A program made the translations under genes and the position numbers. A stretch of 64,000 nucleotides of DNA. Source: a virus. The number at the start of each line of letters is the position of its first letter. Position 1 is the stretch's first letter. Location: IMG/VR virus record IMGVR_UViG_3300024996_000004; one strand, given 5' to 3'. The notes under the pieces are model-generated. The model searched no databases. It worked only from the letters and a program-made list of their open reading frames with translations, and had not been told where the DNA came from. Positions 1 to 7,157 of the stretch are shown here, in pieces.

Positions 1-360
1 CGAGTGCTGCCCATAGCTTTGCGAAATGCTGCTAATGCTAATCCTGAACATGCTGAAGCATTGAATAAAGCTGCCAAGAATTGTGAAGAACTCGGCACTT
101 TGGATGCTGCTAATGCTGCCTATGATGCTGCTAATGATGCCTATGATGCTGCTGATGCTGCTTATGCTGCTTATGCTGCTTATGCTGCCTATGATGCTGC
201 CTATGATGCTGCTAATGCTGCTTATGCTGCCTATGATGCTGCTCATGCTGCAAGATATGCTGGCGATGATTCCAGCTTGCTTATCGGTGCTGATATTGCT
301 TTGCAAGCATTGATTCAGCTGGACTCACCGGGCTGCAAATACTTGCATCTTTGTGATTGA
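1..360 (+). CDS. Hypothetical protein with Ala/Tyr/Asp low-complexity repeat (5' truncated by window)
   Basis: Open frame from base 1 to TGA at 358-360; AAYDAANAAYAA repeats. Confidence 0.75.
   Translation, partial: RVLPIALRNAANANPEHAEALNKAAKNCEELGTLDAANAAYDAANDAYDAADAAYAAYAAYAAYDAAYDAANAAYAAYDAAHAARYAGDDSSLLIGADIALQALIQLDSPGCKYLHLCD
103..250 (+). repeat. Imperfect 9/12-bp tandem repeat (GCTGCYTATGAT / GCTGCTAAT) within ORF
   Basis: Directly visible tandem units. Confidence 0.9.
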
Positions 361-366
361 AAATGG

Positions 367-395
367 TTGCATGTCCATCGAAAATGCATTACACT
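367..395 (+). promoter_or_regulatory. Sigma70-type early promoter
   Basis: TTGCAT-17 bp-TACACT. Confidence 0.55.
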
Positions 396-421
396 TAAGG
401 CTCAATCAAGAGTAATTCAAC

Positions 422-532
422 ATGAAAAAGCGTATGGCAGAATGGTTCATGGGTGAAGGCTCCAAGGTGGATGTTGTCCTGTTCATCATCATTCTTGCAG
501 CATGTTACTACGTCGCTTCGCATCCGATTTGA
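422..532 (+). CDS. Small membrane protein (36 aa; not in ORF track)
   Basis: MKKRMAEWFMGEGSKVDVVLFIIILAACYYVASHPI; one hydrophobic helix; lies between two promoters. Confidence 0.6.
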   Translation: MKKRMAEWFMGEGSKVDVVLFIIILAACYYVASHPI

Positions 533-557
533 CATTCTGTAAAACCTGTAATACAAT
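529..557 (+). promoter_or_regulatory. Sigma70-type early promoter overlapping upstream TGA stop
   Basis: TTGACA-17 bp-TACAAT. Confidence 0.8.
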
Positions 558-588
558 ACACTCACCAACACAAACGAGGAATACAATC

Positions 589-801
589 ATGGCAATCAAG
601 GGTACTGTCGCGGAACTGTCCGGCAAGATTCGTTTCAACGGTCACACTCTCAGCGCGGCACAGTTTTCGGTGCTGACCAGTCTGGGCTTCGGCGTCAAGG
701 TGGGCGAGAAGGAAAAGGCTCCGAACACTCGCGGTCGTGCTGCGGCGATCTGGGAACTCGGTGACAGCTTCACGGCCAGCGTCGAGGTTGTGGAAAGCTG
801 A
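589..801 (+). CDS. Hypothetical early protein
   Basis: GAGGA RBS then ATG at 589; GC-rich codon use. Confidence 0.8.
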   Translation: MAIKGTVAELSGKIRFNGHTLSAAQFSVLTSLGFGVKVGEKEKAPNTRGRAAAIWELGDSFTASVEVVES

Positions 802-819
802 TCCAAAGTAGAAAAGTAA

Positions 820-907
820 AAAAGTAAAAAAGCCTAGCATGTCAAAGTGCTAGGCTTTTCTATGCTCTAAATTTCAATAACTCGATTCTCTATTCTCCCA
901 TCCTCCA
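820..907 (-). ncRNA. Candidate small RNA copy 1 (5' GGAGGAUGG)
   Basis: Minus-strand TTGACC-17-TAAAAT (940-912), invariant AGTGTGGAGGATGG, then terminator with U-tract; no useful ORF. Confidence 0.45.
827..859. terminator. Bidirectional intrinsic terminator
   Basis: AAAAGCCTAGCA-loop-TGCTAGGCTTTT; longer U-tract on minus strand. Confidence 0.85.
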
Positions 908-1000
908 CACTATTTTATTACATATAATAGAATTGGTCAAGAACTTTTTTTATGAACGAAAAAATGCTTGCAATGCTATTCCATTGCTGTATAATTCATT
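893..1000. repeat. ~110-bp direct repeat copy 1 carrying back-to-back divergent promoters
   Basis: Near-identical to 2236-2340; leftward TTGACC/TAAAAT, rightward TTGCAA/TATAAT. Confidence 0.9.
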
Positions 1001-1021
1001 TATTCCAACGGAGAACGTACC

Positions 1022-1903
1022 ATGTCCAAGGTTACGCAGTATCTGAATGATCGTGTTACTTCCATGCTCACCAATGGCATGATTCCGTGGCGCAAAACGT
1101 GGACAAGCAAAGGCTTGAAGCCCATGTCGATCACGGGACATGCCTACCGTGGCATTAACCTGTTTCTGTTTTCCATGCTCGGCCATGCTGTCCCGGTCTA
1201 TATCACGTTCAATCAGATCAAGAAAATGGGTGGCACGATCAAGGATGATGCGAAAGACAAGTATTATCCGGTCTACTTCTATTCCATGCTGGAAAAGGAT
1301 AAGACTGATCCTGCTGCGGGCAAGATTCCGATTTTCCGCTATTTCAATGTCTGGAACATCGAAGATGTTGACGGTATCAAGCTTCCGCCAAAGATTCAAA
1401 AGCAACTGGAATGGAAAGCTTCGCATGATGCTTCGCCCATTGAAGATGCCGTGAAACTGGTGGATGGTTACAAGGATGCCCCTACCATTGCACATGGTGG
1501 CGACGCTGCCTGCTACTCGCCTACGCTGGACAAAATTTCCATGCCTGCACCGGAAATGTTTGAAAATATGGGTGAATATTACGTCACTCTGTTTCATGAA
1601 ATGGGGCATAGCACGGGTCATGCCAAGCGTCTGAACCGTGAAGAACTGATGAAGATGACTGGCTTCGGCTCGCATGAATACAGCCGCGAAGAACTGGTAG
1701 CGGAAATGACTGCGGCCATGTTGGCAGGCGAGTGCGGCATCACCACGGAGTTTATGCTGGACAATTCTGCGGCATATCTGGCGGCATGGATGAAGAAAAT
1801 CAAGGATGAACCAAACATCCTGATCACTGCCGCCAGCCGTGCACAAAAGGCTGTCGATCATATCATGGGGACAACCTTTGATAATGGGGAAAGTGCCGAT
1901 TAA
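1022..1903 (+). CDS. ardC: ArdC-like antirestriction protein (ssDNA-binding domain + zincin-like metallopeptidase)
   Basis: PWRKTW, YRGIN, TFNQ, YFNVWN, ACYSP, HEMGH, YSREELVAE, SAAYL..W motifs. Confidence 0.9.
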   Translation: MSKVTQYLNDRVTSMLTNGMIPWRKTWTSKGLKPMSITGHAYRGINLFLFSMLGHAVPVYITFNQIKKMGGTIKDDAKDKYYPVYFYSMLEKDKTDPAAGKIPIFRYFNVWNIEDVDGIKLPPKIQKQLEWKASHDASPIEDAVKLVDGYKDAPTIAHGGDAACYSPTLDKISMPAPEMFENMGEYYVTLFHEMGHSTGHAKRLNREELMKMTGFGSHEYSREELVAEMTAAMLAGECGITTEFMLDNSAAYLAAWMKKIKDEPNILITAASRAQKAVDHIMGTTFDNGESAD

Positions 1904-1907
1904 TTGA

Positions 1908-1936
1908 TTGACAGATTGGAAGCATTGTATTATAAT
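1908..1936 (+). promoter_or_regulatory. Sigma70 consensus promoter
   Basis: TTGACA-17 bp-TATAAT. Confidence 0.9.
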
Positions 1937-1966
1937 GCTTCCGATCCAACAAAGAGAGCATACACC

Positions 1967-2182
1967 ATGTCATTACAATCGGACGCCGAAGCAAACTGGG
2001 GCAAGGATGAAGGTAGAGCAGCCATGCGCCAATATGAAGAATTGGCGCAAGATGAAGGCATCATTTATGCCGCAAATCAGCTGGAAAAGACTCTCAAGCA
2101 TATCAAGTCTTTCCTGCCTGATGATCAATGGCAACATTGCAAGGATTATGTCAAGTCTCAAGGCATCATCATCGAATTCTGA
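1967..2182 (+). CDS. Hypothetical early protein
   Basis: ATG at 1967 downstream of promoter. Confidence 0.7.
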   Translation: MSLQSDAEANWGKDEGRAAMRQYEELAQDEGIIYAANQLEKTLKHIKSFLPDDQWQHCKDYVKSQGIIIEF

Positions 2183-2184
2183 TC

Positions 2185-2250
2185 CATCCAATCCCTAGCC
2201 TAATCCGCTAGGGATTTTTTATTTTCATACTCTCATTCTCCCATCCTCCA
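2185..2250 (-). ncRNA. Candidate small RNA copy 2
   Basis: TTGACC-17-TAAAAT (2283-2255), AGTGTGGAGGATGGGAGAAT, hairpin; weak minus-strand U-tract. Confidence 0.35.
2190..2225 (+). terminator. Intrinsic terminator
   Basis: AATCCCTAGC-loop-GCTAGGGATT followed by T-run. Confidence 0.85.
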
Positions 2251-2340
2251 CACTATTTTATTATATGTAATGGAATTGGTCAAGAACTTTTTTATGAACA
2301 AAAAATGCTTGCAATACTGGAACATTCTGTTATAATTCAC
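2236..2340. repeat. Direct repeat copy 2 with divergent promoters
   Basis: Near-identical to 893-1000. Confidence 0.9.
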
Positions 2341-2359
2341 CTATCCAAAGGAGATCATC

Positions 2360-2689
2360 ATGGCATCTGAAATCCAATTCACCCATGCGCAGTACATGAA
2401 TGGGGAGTGCAGTCATAATGATTACTATGCGCAGTTTGTCACTCTGGCTCTGATTTATTTGGTCAGCACTGCTGTAGGCAAGCGAATCATTGCCAGCACT
2501 GATGAACACTTCAATGATATCCCGCTGTCTATTTGGGTTAATCTGTCGAATCGAGTATCGGATTGGCAACGCATGGCACGAGCAAATGATGGCCGAGCAT
2601 CTTTGTCTGACATGGTTTGCTTGTTGAAAGCTGCTGCACGTTGCTACAAGAATTCGGCAAAATTGATTGTCGATTATCCGCCATTGTGA
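2360..2689 (+). CDS. Hypothetical early protein
   Basis: AAGGAG RBS; promoter upstream. Confidence 0.8.
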   Translation: MASEIQFTHAQYMNGECSHNDYYAQFVTLALIYLVSTAVGKRIIASTDEHFNDIPLSIWVNLSNRVSDWQRMARANDGRASLSDMVCLLKAAARCYKNSAKLIVDYPPL

Positions 2690-2701
2690 TATCATACTGC
2701 C

Positions 2702-3034
2702 ATGAACATTCCTGAACAGCTTACTTTCCTTTTCTCGCATGATGAAAACACTGAATCCTATCAATCTGGATTACAGTCTGGGTTGACATGGGATGCTGAT
2801 TGGATGCCCGGTGGACCTTACGTGGAAACTTTCCGTCCAAGTCTGTCGGAAGAAATCTGCAAGCAACGTCTTGCTATGGTTGCGGAAAGTCGTCGCAAGT
2901 ATGATCTGTGGCATCGAGGATTCAAAACGGGACTGGAACAGCGCATGATCGCTTGTCCGGCTTTCGCAGCATGGTTCAAGGCTGGCCCTTATCCCTTCAA
3001 TCACAATCGTTTTGTGGAAGCTGTAGCAGCCTGA
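2702..3034 (+). CDS. Hypothetical early protein (possibly leaderless)
   Basis: TTGTCG-17-TATCAT ends 6 nt before ATG; no SD. Confidence 0.7.
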   Translation: MNIPEQLTFLFSHDENTESYQSGLQSGLTWDADWMPGGPYVETFRPSLSEEICKQRLAMVAESRRKYDLWHRGFKTGLEQRMIACPAFAAWFKAGPYPFNHNRFVEAVAA

Positions 3035-3103
3035 TAAAGACTATTGCATAGCTTCAAAACATTCTGTTATAATATCAACAATTCATCCAATAGGAGCGTT
3101 AAT

Positions 3104-3313
3104 ATGTCGGCTCTCGAAATTTTCAAGGTAGTGATCTACGCAGTTTCTGTCTACAATGCGGCATATGCTATCTATGGGCTTGTCTCACAGTTCGCTCTTT
3201 CTATCGTGATTCTATACAACAAGAGTGGTACGATTCTTTACAAGCTTATGGGACTCTATGCTGCACTGCTATTCTTGAGCCTGCACACTCTCAACATGCT
3301 TGAATTCCGTTGA
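3104..3313 (+). CDS. Small two-TM membrane protein
   Basis: AGGAG RBS; hydrophobic; promoter TTGCAT-18-TATAAT at 3044-3073. Confidence 0.7.
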   Translation: MSALEIFKVVIYAVSVYNAAYAIYGLVSQFALSIVILYNKSGTILYKLMGLYAALLFLSLHTLNMLEFR

Positions 3314-3338
3314 CAGTCTAGACATTCCGTTATATAAT
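3310..3338 (+). promoter_or_regulatory. Sigma70 consensus promoter overlapping upstream TGA
   Basis: TTGACA-17-TATAAT. Confidence 0.9.
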
Positions 3339-3362
3339 GCTTGTCAGACATGGAGACATACC

Positions 3363-3605
3363 GTGAGCAAGATGATTGAAAACTTCACGCAGTTCCGTGC
3401 TTTCCACTATGCGATGAAGCCTACCGATAATCTGCGCATGGGTCAACGTTTCATTAACATGTACATCAAGAATGATAGCGACCATTGCGAATGGTTCAAA
3501 GGCATGTATCAGGCGGATGATGCCAGAGCGTACTATCTGATTCTGAATTGGTTGTTGGATCATAACTATTATGATACCATGCCAACTCCATTACATCCCT
3601 GCTAG
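3363..3605 (+). CDS. Hypothetical early protein (LRMGQRF motif)
   Basis: GGAG RBS; GTG 3363 or ATG 3372 start. Confidence 0.7.
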   Translation: MSKMIENFTQFRAFHYAMKPTDNLRMGQRFINMYIKNDSDHCEWFKGMYQADDARAYYLILNWLLDHNYYDTMPTPLHPC

Positions 3606-3615
3606 GACAATAGCC

Positions 3616-3843
3616 ATGCAAATGTCTCAAGATATGTTCGATGCCATGATGAAACATCATGATGAATATTTCAAGAATCATGGACTTGTTCACTCTTTCA
3701 AGAATGAACAAGCATGGGAACAGCATCTCACCAAAGCATGGCTTTTCGACTGGCGCGAACAATGGGGCATCCTGCGCACCGTGCGAAATTCCATCGGCAT
3801 TACGGAAGCTTTTCACCAGTTTCGCAACTATCAAAAAATTTGA
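3616..3843 (+). CDS. Hypothetical early protein
   Basis: AGGA RBS, ATG 3616. Confidence 0.7.
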   Translation: MQMSQDMFDAMMKHHDEYFKNHGLVHSFKNEQAWEQHLTKAWLFDWREQWGILRTVRNSIGITEAFHQFRNYQKI

Positions 3844-3868
3844 CAGACTCTAGCAGTTCTGTTACAAT
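3840..3868 (+). promoter_or_regulatory. Sigma70 promoter overlapping upstream TGA
   Basis: TTGACA-17-TACAAT with extended TG. Confidence 0.85.
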
Positions 3869-3895
3869 CATCACACAATCACAAAGGAGTTCTCC

Positions 3896-4207
3896 ATGAA
3901 CAGTGCCGATATGTTGGCGATCATGAACGCGAAAGACACCATCCGTGCTAATTTTGATCGTTTCGTTGAAAGCATGGTCAACACCTATCCTACTGAATTC
4001 ATGGATATGCTGCGAAAGCTGTCAGACTTCAAGGTGACTCTCGATGGCATTAATCGGTATATCTCTGTTGATAATATGTCCCGATTGAAGAAATTGTGGC
4101 TGGCTGACGATAAAGTCGAGGCCATCAAACTGTTTCGCAATTTGACCCATTCTACTCTCTATGATGCCAAGCATTTCATGGAAACTTTTGCATGGGATAA
4201 TTGGTAA
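3896..4207 (+). CDS. Protein with ribosomal L7/L12 C-terminal-like domain
   Basis: KVEAIKLFRNLTHSTLYDAKHFME resembles the bL12 CTD motif K..AIK..R..T...L.EAK..VE. Confidence 0.7.
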   Translation: MNSADMLAIMNAKDTIRANFDRFVESMVNTYPTEFMDMLRKLSDFKVTLDGINRYISVDNMSRLKKLWLADDKVEAIKLFRNLTHSTLYDAKHFMETFAWDNW

Positions 4208-4389
4208 TGTCTTTTCCAGCCGTTTCAGAGCCTGCTGGCGACGTTTCTAACCTTGTTCCGCTACGTCGCTCCCTTGAGTATCAGCAAGGCTACTGGAACG
4301 GTTTTATGGGCGAACCAAAGACTATGACAACGGAACGCTACTTGATCGGCTATGCGGATGGCATGGCCGATTCTTTGTTGACAGACTAA
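4207..4389 (+). CDS. Hypothetical early protein
   Basis: TAATG coupling; Y..GY..G repeats. Confidence 0.6.
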   Translation: MSFPAVSEPAGDVSNLVPLRRSLEYQQGYWNGFMGEPKTMTTERYLIGYADGMADSLLTD

Positions 4390-4406
4390 CCATCCTGTTA
4401 TACAGT
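4378..4406 (+). promoter_or_regulatory. Sigma70-type promoter
   Basis: TTGACA-17-TACAGT. Confidence 0.65.
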
Positions 4407-4434
4407 ATTCCCTAACATAATGGAGCATTTCATC

Positions 4435-4611
4435 ATGACTTACGTATGGATCATGGCCTTTCTGTTTTCATGGAGTCTCAGTATTTTGTGTCAGTTTAAT
4501 CGTGACCTATACAAAAGATTTCTGAATTATTGGATTGATCGTGCCATTACCAGTCTGCTGATGCTGACTTCTTTTCTCATGATCGTTGCTTCGCTATTGC
4601 CAAAACATTAG
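4435..4611 (+). CDS. Small two-TM membrane protein
   Basis: GGAG RBS; two hydrophobic segments. Confidence 0.65.
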   Translation: MTYVWIMAFLFSWSLSILCQFNRDLYKRFLNYWIDRAITSLLMLTSFLMIVASLLPKH

Positions 4612-4625
4612 CAGTCTGTTACAAT
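4597..4625 (+). promoter_or_regulatory. Sigma70-type promoter
   Basis: TTGCCA-17-TACAAT with extended TG. Confidence 0.75.
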
Positions 4626-4656
4626 GCTTTCATTCTCACAAGCAAAGGTGTTGACC

Positions 4657-4944
4657 ATGTTTAATGGCAAAATAATGCTCAAGAACATGAAAGCGATTGA
4701 AGGCAGCTACCGCCAGCTTGATTGGTCAGATGAATCCCAGAGCATCATTCCCATTGAATATGATGGTGAACTGACTCCCGAAGTCTGCAACGCTGCTGTC
4801 CAAGCGCTACAAAAGCATATCAATGCTCAACCTCAAGAATCCAGCTACGGTAAACTGCGCTGGTCTACTCCTGATGTTATCAATGGCGTTGACGTTGAAC
4901 AGCGTGGCATCATTGTAACTCACGTCACCCGAATCACGGATTGA
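4657..4944 (+). CDS. Hypothetical early protein
   Basis: AAGGTG RBS, ATG 4657. Confidence 0.7.
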   Translation: MFNGKIMLKNMKAIEGSYRQLDWSDESQSIIPIEYDGELTPEVCNAAVQALQKHINAQPQESSYGKLRWSTPDVINGVDVEQRGIIVTHVTRITD

Positions 4945-4969
4945 CAGACTGCTCATTTCCTTGTATCAT
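4941..4969 (+). promoter_or_regulatory. Sigma70 promoter overlapping upstream TGA
   Basis: TTGACA-17-TATCAT. Confidence 0.8.
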
Positions 4970-4992
4970 TAACTCATCATCGGAGCATCATC

Positions 4993-5139
4993 ATGGACAA
5001 ATGTCGATTCTGTGGCAAGAGCGACTGCGATGATGATTGCGAGGAACTGGCGTCCATCTATCGTCAACAGCAACGTGAAAAACTGCGAGACATTGATGTT
5101 GATGAATTGGACTTCGATGAATATTATATGGAAAACTGA
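4993..5139 (+). CDS. Small Cys-rich acidic protein (48 aa; not in ORF track)
   Basis: GGAG RBS; MDKCRFCGKSDCDDDCEELASIYRQQQREKLRDIDVDELDFDEYYMEN. Confidence 0.7.
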   Translation: MDKCRFCGKSDCDDDCEELASIYRQQQREKLRDIDVDELDFDEYYMEN

Positions 5140-5149
5140 TCTGGCATAG

Positions 5150-5178
5150 TTGACATGACGGACATTTCTTAATATAAT
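5150..5178 (+). promoter_or_regulatory. Sigma70 consensus promoter
   Basis: TTGACA-17-TATAAT. Confidence 0.9.
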
Positions 5179-5205
5179 ATTCTCACTCTCAACGGAAACT
5201 CCATT

Positions 5206-5463
5206 ATGTCGAAAACTTATCGTTTTGAAGTGATCGAGCGCAAGTTTTGGAAGAATGTCCAGACTGGTCAGACTGCCTCTATCTATGGCGCGATTCCGGC
5301 TGGTGAAGGGTGGAAGATGGTGAAAGATGGTTTCACTTTCCGTGACAATCGCTTCAACAGTGTCGGTTCCTATGGTTCCCGCGATTTGCGTACCGTGGAT
5401 GAAATCGAAGCCTATTTGTGCAAACACAATGGCCCTACTTGGGCATTGCAGCACATTAATTGA
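5206..5463 (+). CDS. Hypothetical early protein
   Basis: ORF behind own promoter. Confidence 0.75.
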   Translation: MSKTYRFEVIERKFWKNVQTGQTASIYGAIPAGEGWKMVKDGFTFRDNRFNSVGSYGSRDLRTVDEIEAYLCKHNGPTWALQHIN

Positions 5464-5473
5464 CAGTCTACTA

Positions 5474-5502
5474 TTGCATAGACTCGTCACATAAGGTATA
5501 AT
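5474..5502 (+). promoter_or_regulatory. Sigma70-type promoter (an extra TTGACA at 5460 overlaps the upstream stop)
   Basis: TTGCAT-17-TATAAT. Confidence 0.75.
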
Positions 5503-5526
5503 ACCTTCACATCATGGGAGCATAGC

Positions 5527-5742
5527 ATGACTCGCAAGAATCTGTATCAGTCTGGTCGTCTTTCCATTCGCTATGGTGTGAAGTCCCTGACCTATCATCG
5601 TCAGCCGACTCCCAGTGAAATCAAGGCAGGTTACGGTGCGATCCACTACCGCGACTTCACCATTGAAGAATGTTGCTATAAGGGGACAAGGATCAACAAG
5701 CGCTGGTTCAAGGCTGATGACGGACTGCGCTACTATCGCTAA
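5527..5742 (+). CDS. Hypothetical basic early protein
   Basis: GGGAG RBS; YHRQPTPSEIKAGYGAIHYRDF. Confidence 0.75.
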   Translation: MTRKNLYQSGRLSIRYGVKSLTYHRQPTPSEIKAGYGAIHYRDFTIEECCYKGTRINKRWFKADDGLRYYR

Positions 5743-5773
5743 GTCTATTCTCAGACTCACAGGAATATTCACT

Positions 5774-5974
5774 GTGACACTTCCCACTATCGAACAACTT
5801 CGCACTGCAATGAAGAATGTTGAACACTGTCTGACCATCACTGACGTGTCCAGTTACAATGTTGAAAAACAATGTTACATGGTCAGTGTAACAGGACAGA
5901 TGGAAAAGACTGAACGGAGAACTGATGGAATTAAAGTTTTATCAGCTTTACAATCCGTTCTAATCCATTGTTGA
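5774..5974 (+). CDS. Hypothetical early protein
   Basis: AGGA RBS, GTG start. Confidence 0.6.
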   Translation: MTLPTIEQLRTAMKNVEHCLTITDVSSYNVEKQCYMVSVTGQMEKTERRTDGIKVLSALQSVLIHC

Positions 5975-5999
5975 CAGATTGATCATTCTATAATATAAT
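5971..5999 (+). promoter_or_regulatory. Sigma70 consensus promoter overlapping upstream TGA
   Basis: TTGACA-17-TATAAT. Confidence 0.9.
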
Positions 6000-6029
6000 A
6001 CCTCCAACATCCAAGCGAGGATTGATGAT

Positions 6030-6278
6030 ATGATCGTCATGGAAATCAAGCATGATACTCTCCACCGCACATGGCATAGGCTGAGTGTCGGCCTCAAGGA
6101 TGTTATCGCGGAAGCTGGCAATCGTGAAGCATTGCAGCATGGTTGCCGCCTCCATCTATGGCAGTATGCCGTTGACCACCAGATGAATCATCACATGCTT
6201 GCCGTGCGAGCCGTGAAGAAAGAAACTGGTGAAGTGATTGTCACCTATGCTTCCGATGCAATGGTCAATCGTCAATAG
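6030..6278 (+). CDS. Hypothetical early protein
   Basis: GAGG RBS. Confidence 0.75.
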   Translation: MIVMEIKHDTLHRTWHRLSVGLKDVIAEAGNREALQHGCRLHLWQYAVDHQMNHHMLAVRAVKKETGEVIVTYASDAMVNRQ

Positions 6279-6299
6279 TCAATCGCACAGTGTAACACA

Positions 6300-6361
6300 T
6301 TGGATAAGGCTAGTCAAGTGCTAGTCTTATTCTTTTATAGTGTTGATCTTTCCATCCTCCA
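6300..6361 (-). ncRNA. Candidate small RNA copy 3
   Basis: Extended -10 TGATAAAAT (6374-6366), AGTGTGGAGGATGG, hairpin. Confidence 0.35.
6303..6337 (+). terminator. Intrinsic terminator
   Basis: ATAAGGCTAG-loop-CTAGTCTTAT followed by TCTTTT. Confidence 0.7.
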
Positions 6362-6519
6362 CACTATTTTATCATAGACATACTGAACGTAAGCTGAATG
6401 AAATATGTTCAGGTTCTATTCAGGTTAGCCATGCTATAATCTTGTAATGCTAAAACAAGTTTGACAATTTTAAAGAATGCTTTTTTATTTTACTGGAATA
6501 CTAGGGTATAGGTATGGCT

Positions 6520-6770
6520 CAGCACTTAAAAAATGTTAACTATGTTTTAAATTTTTTTAAAAATTTTTTATAATATTCATCGAGCACTTAAAATACACTA
6601 ATTATATTTTAAAAATTTTTCCATAATATTCACACAGATCATTTTAAATTTTTTTAAAAATTTTTATAATAATTTCCAAATTTTAAAAAGAAGAGTGTAC
6701 ATCATGTATTCATAGATCAATAGTATATGATACATCGTTTCAAAAATTTTTTAGAAAATTTTTTCAATAT
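6520..6770. repeat. Non-coding A/T-tract repeat array
   Basis: Four related units of TTTTAAA(T)n AAAAATTTTT(T) ATAAT; AGCACTTAAAA twice. Confidence 0.8.
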
Positions 6771-6833
6771 GACTATCATCGTTGTACATAATAGTGTATA
6801 CTATCAAGCCTCATTTTAACATTAGGAAAGTCA

Positions 6834-7157
6834 ATGAAATTATATGAAGTAAAAGAGGATGATACGATAGAGAGTATTGCAGAATATTGTTCAATATCGG
6901 TTAATGTTTTATTGTATGCTAACCCTGATTTGAAACATAGATATTACAACAATATCAAATTAACAGTAGGTCAATGTCTTAACATTCCAGATATGTATAT
7001 TAAACCTGTGAAGATTGATTATCAAGATTACTTGGCATGGACAGAATCTGCTTATATAGAAAAGGAAATTCCAAAGAAAACAATCATGGATCGATTGAAA
7101 GACTTTAAGCATAAGATGATGACAAAACTTTTTAAGGAATGGTATCAAAATGACTAA
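6834..7157 (+). CDS. LysM domain protein
   Basis: YEVKEDDTIESIA...LLYANPDL...LTVGQCLNIP. Confidence 0.85.
   Translation: MKLYEVKEDDTIESIAEYCSISVNVLLYANPDLKHRYYNNIKLTVGQCLNIPDMYIKPVKIDYQDYLAWTESAYIEKEIPKKTIMDRLKDFKHKMMTKLFKEWYQND

Noticed and set aside
83-313. Met/Leu-rich alternative frame
   Set aside because: Artefact of the tandem repeat
950-1861. 303-aa minus-strand ORF and other overlapping ORFs in the GC-rich block
   Set aside because: Shadows of ardC and neighbours; promoters and RBSs support the plus strand
893-6375. Repeats as a CRISPR array or IS ends
   Set aside because: Copies are kilobases apart with genes between; no cas or transposase gene
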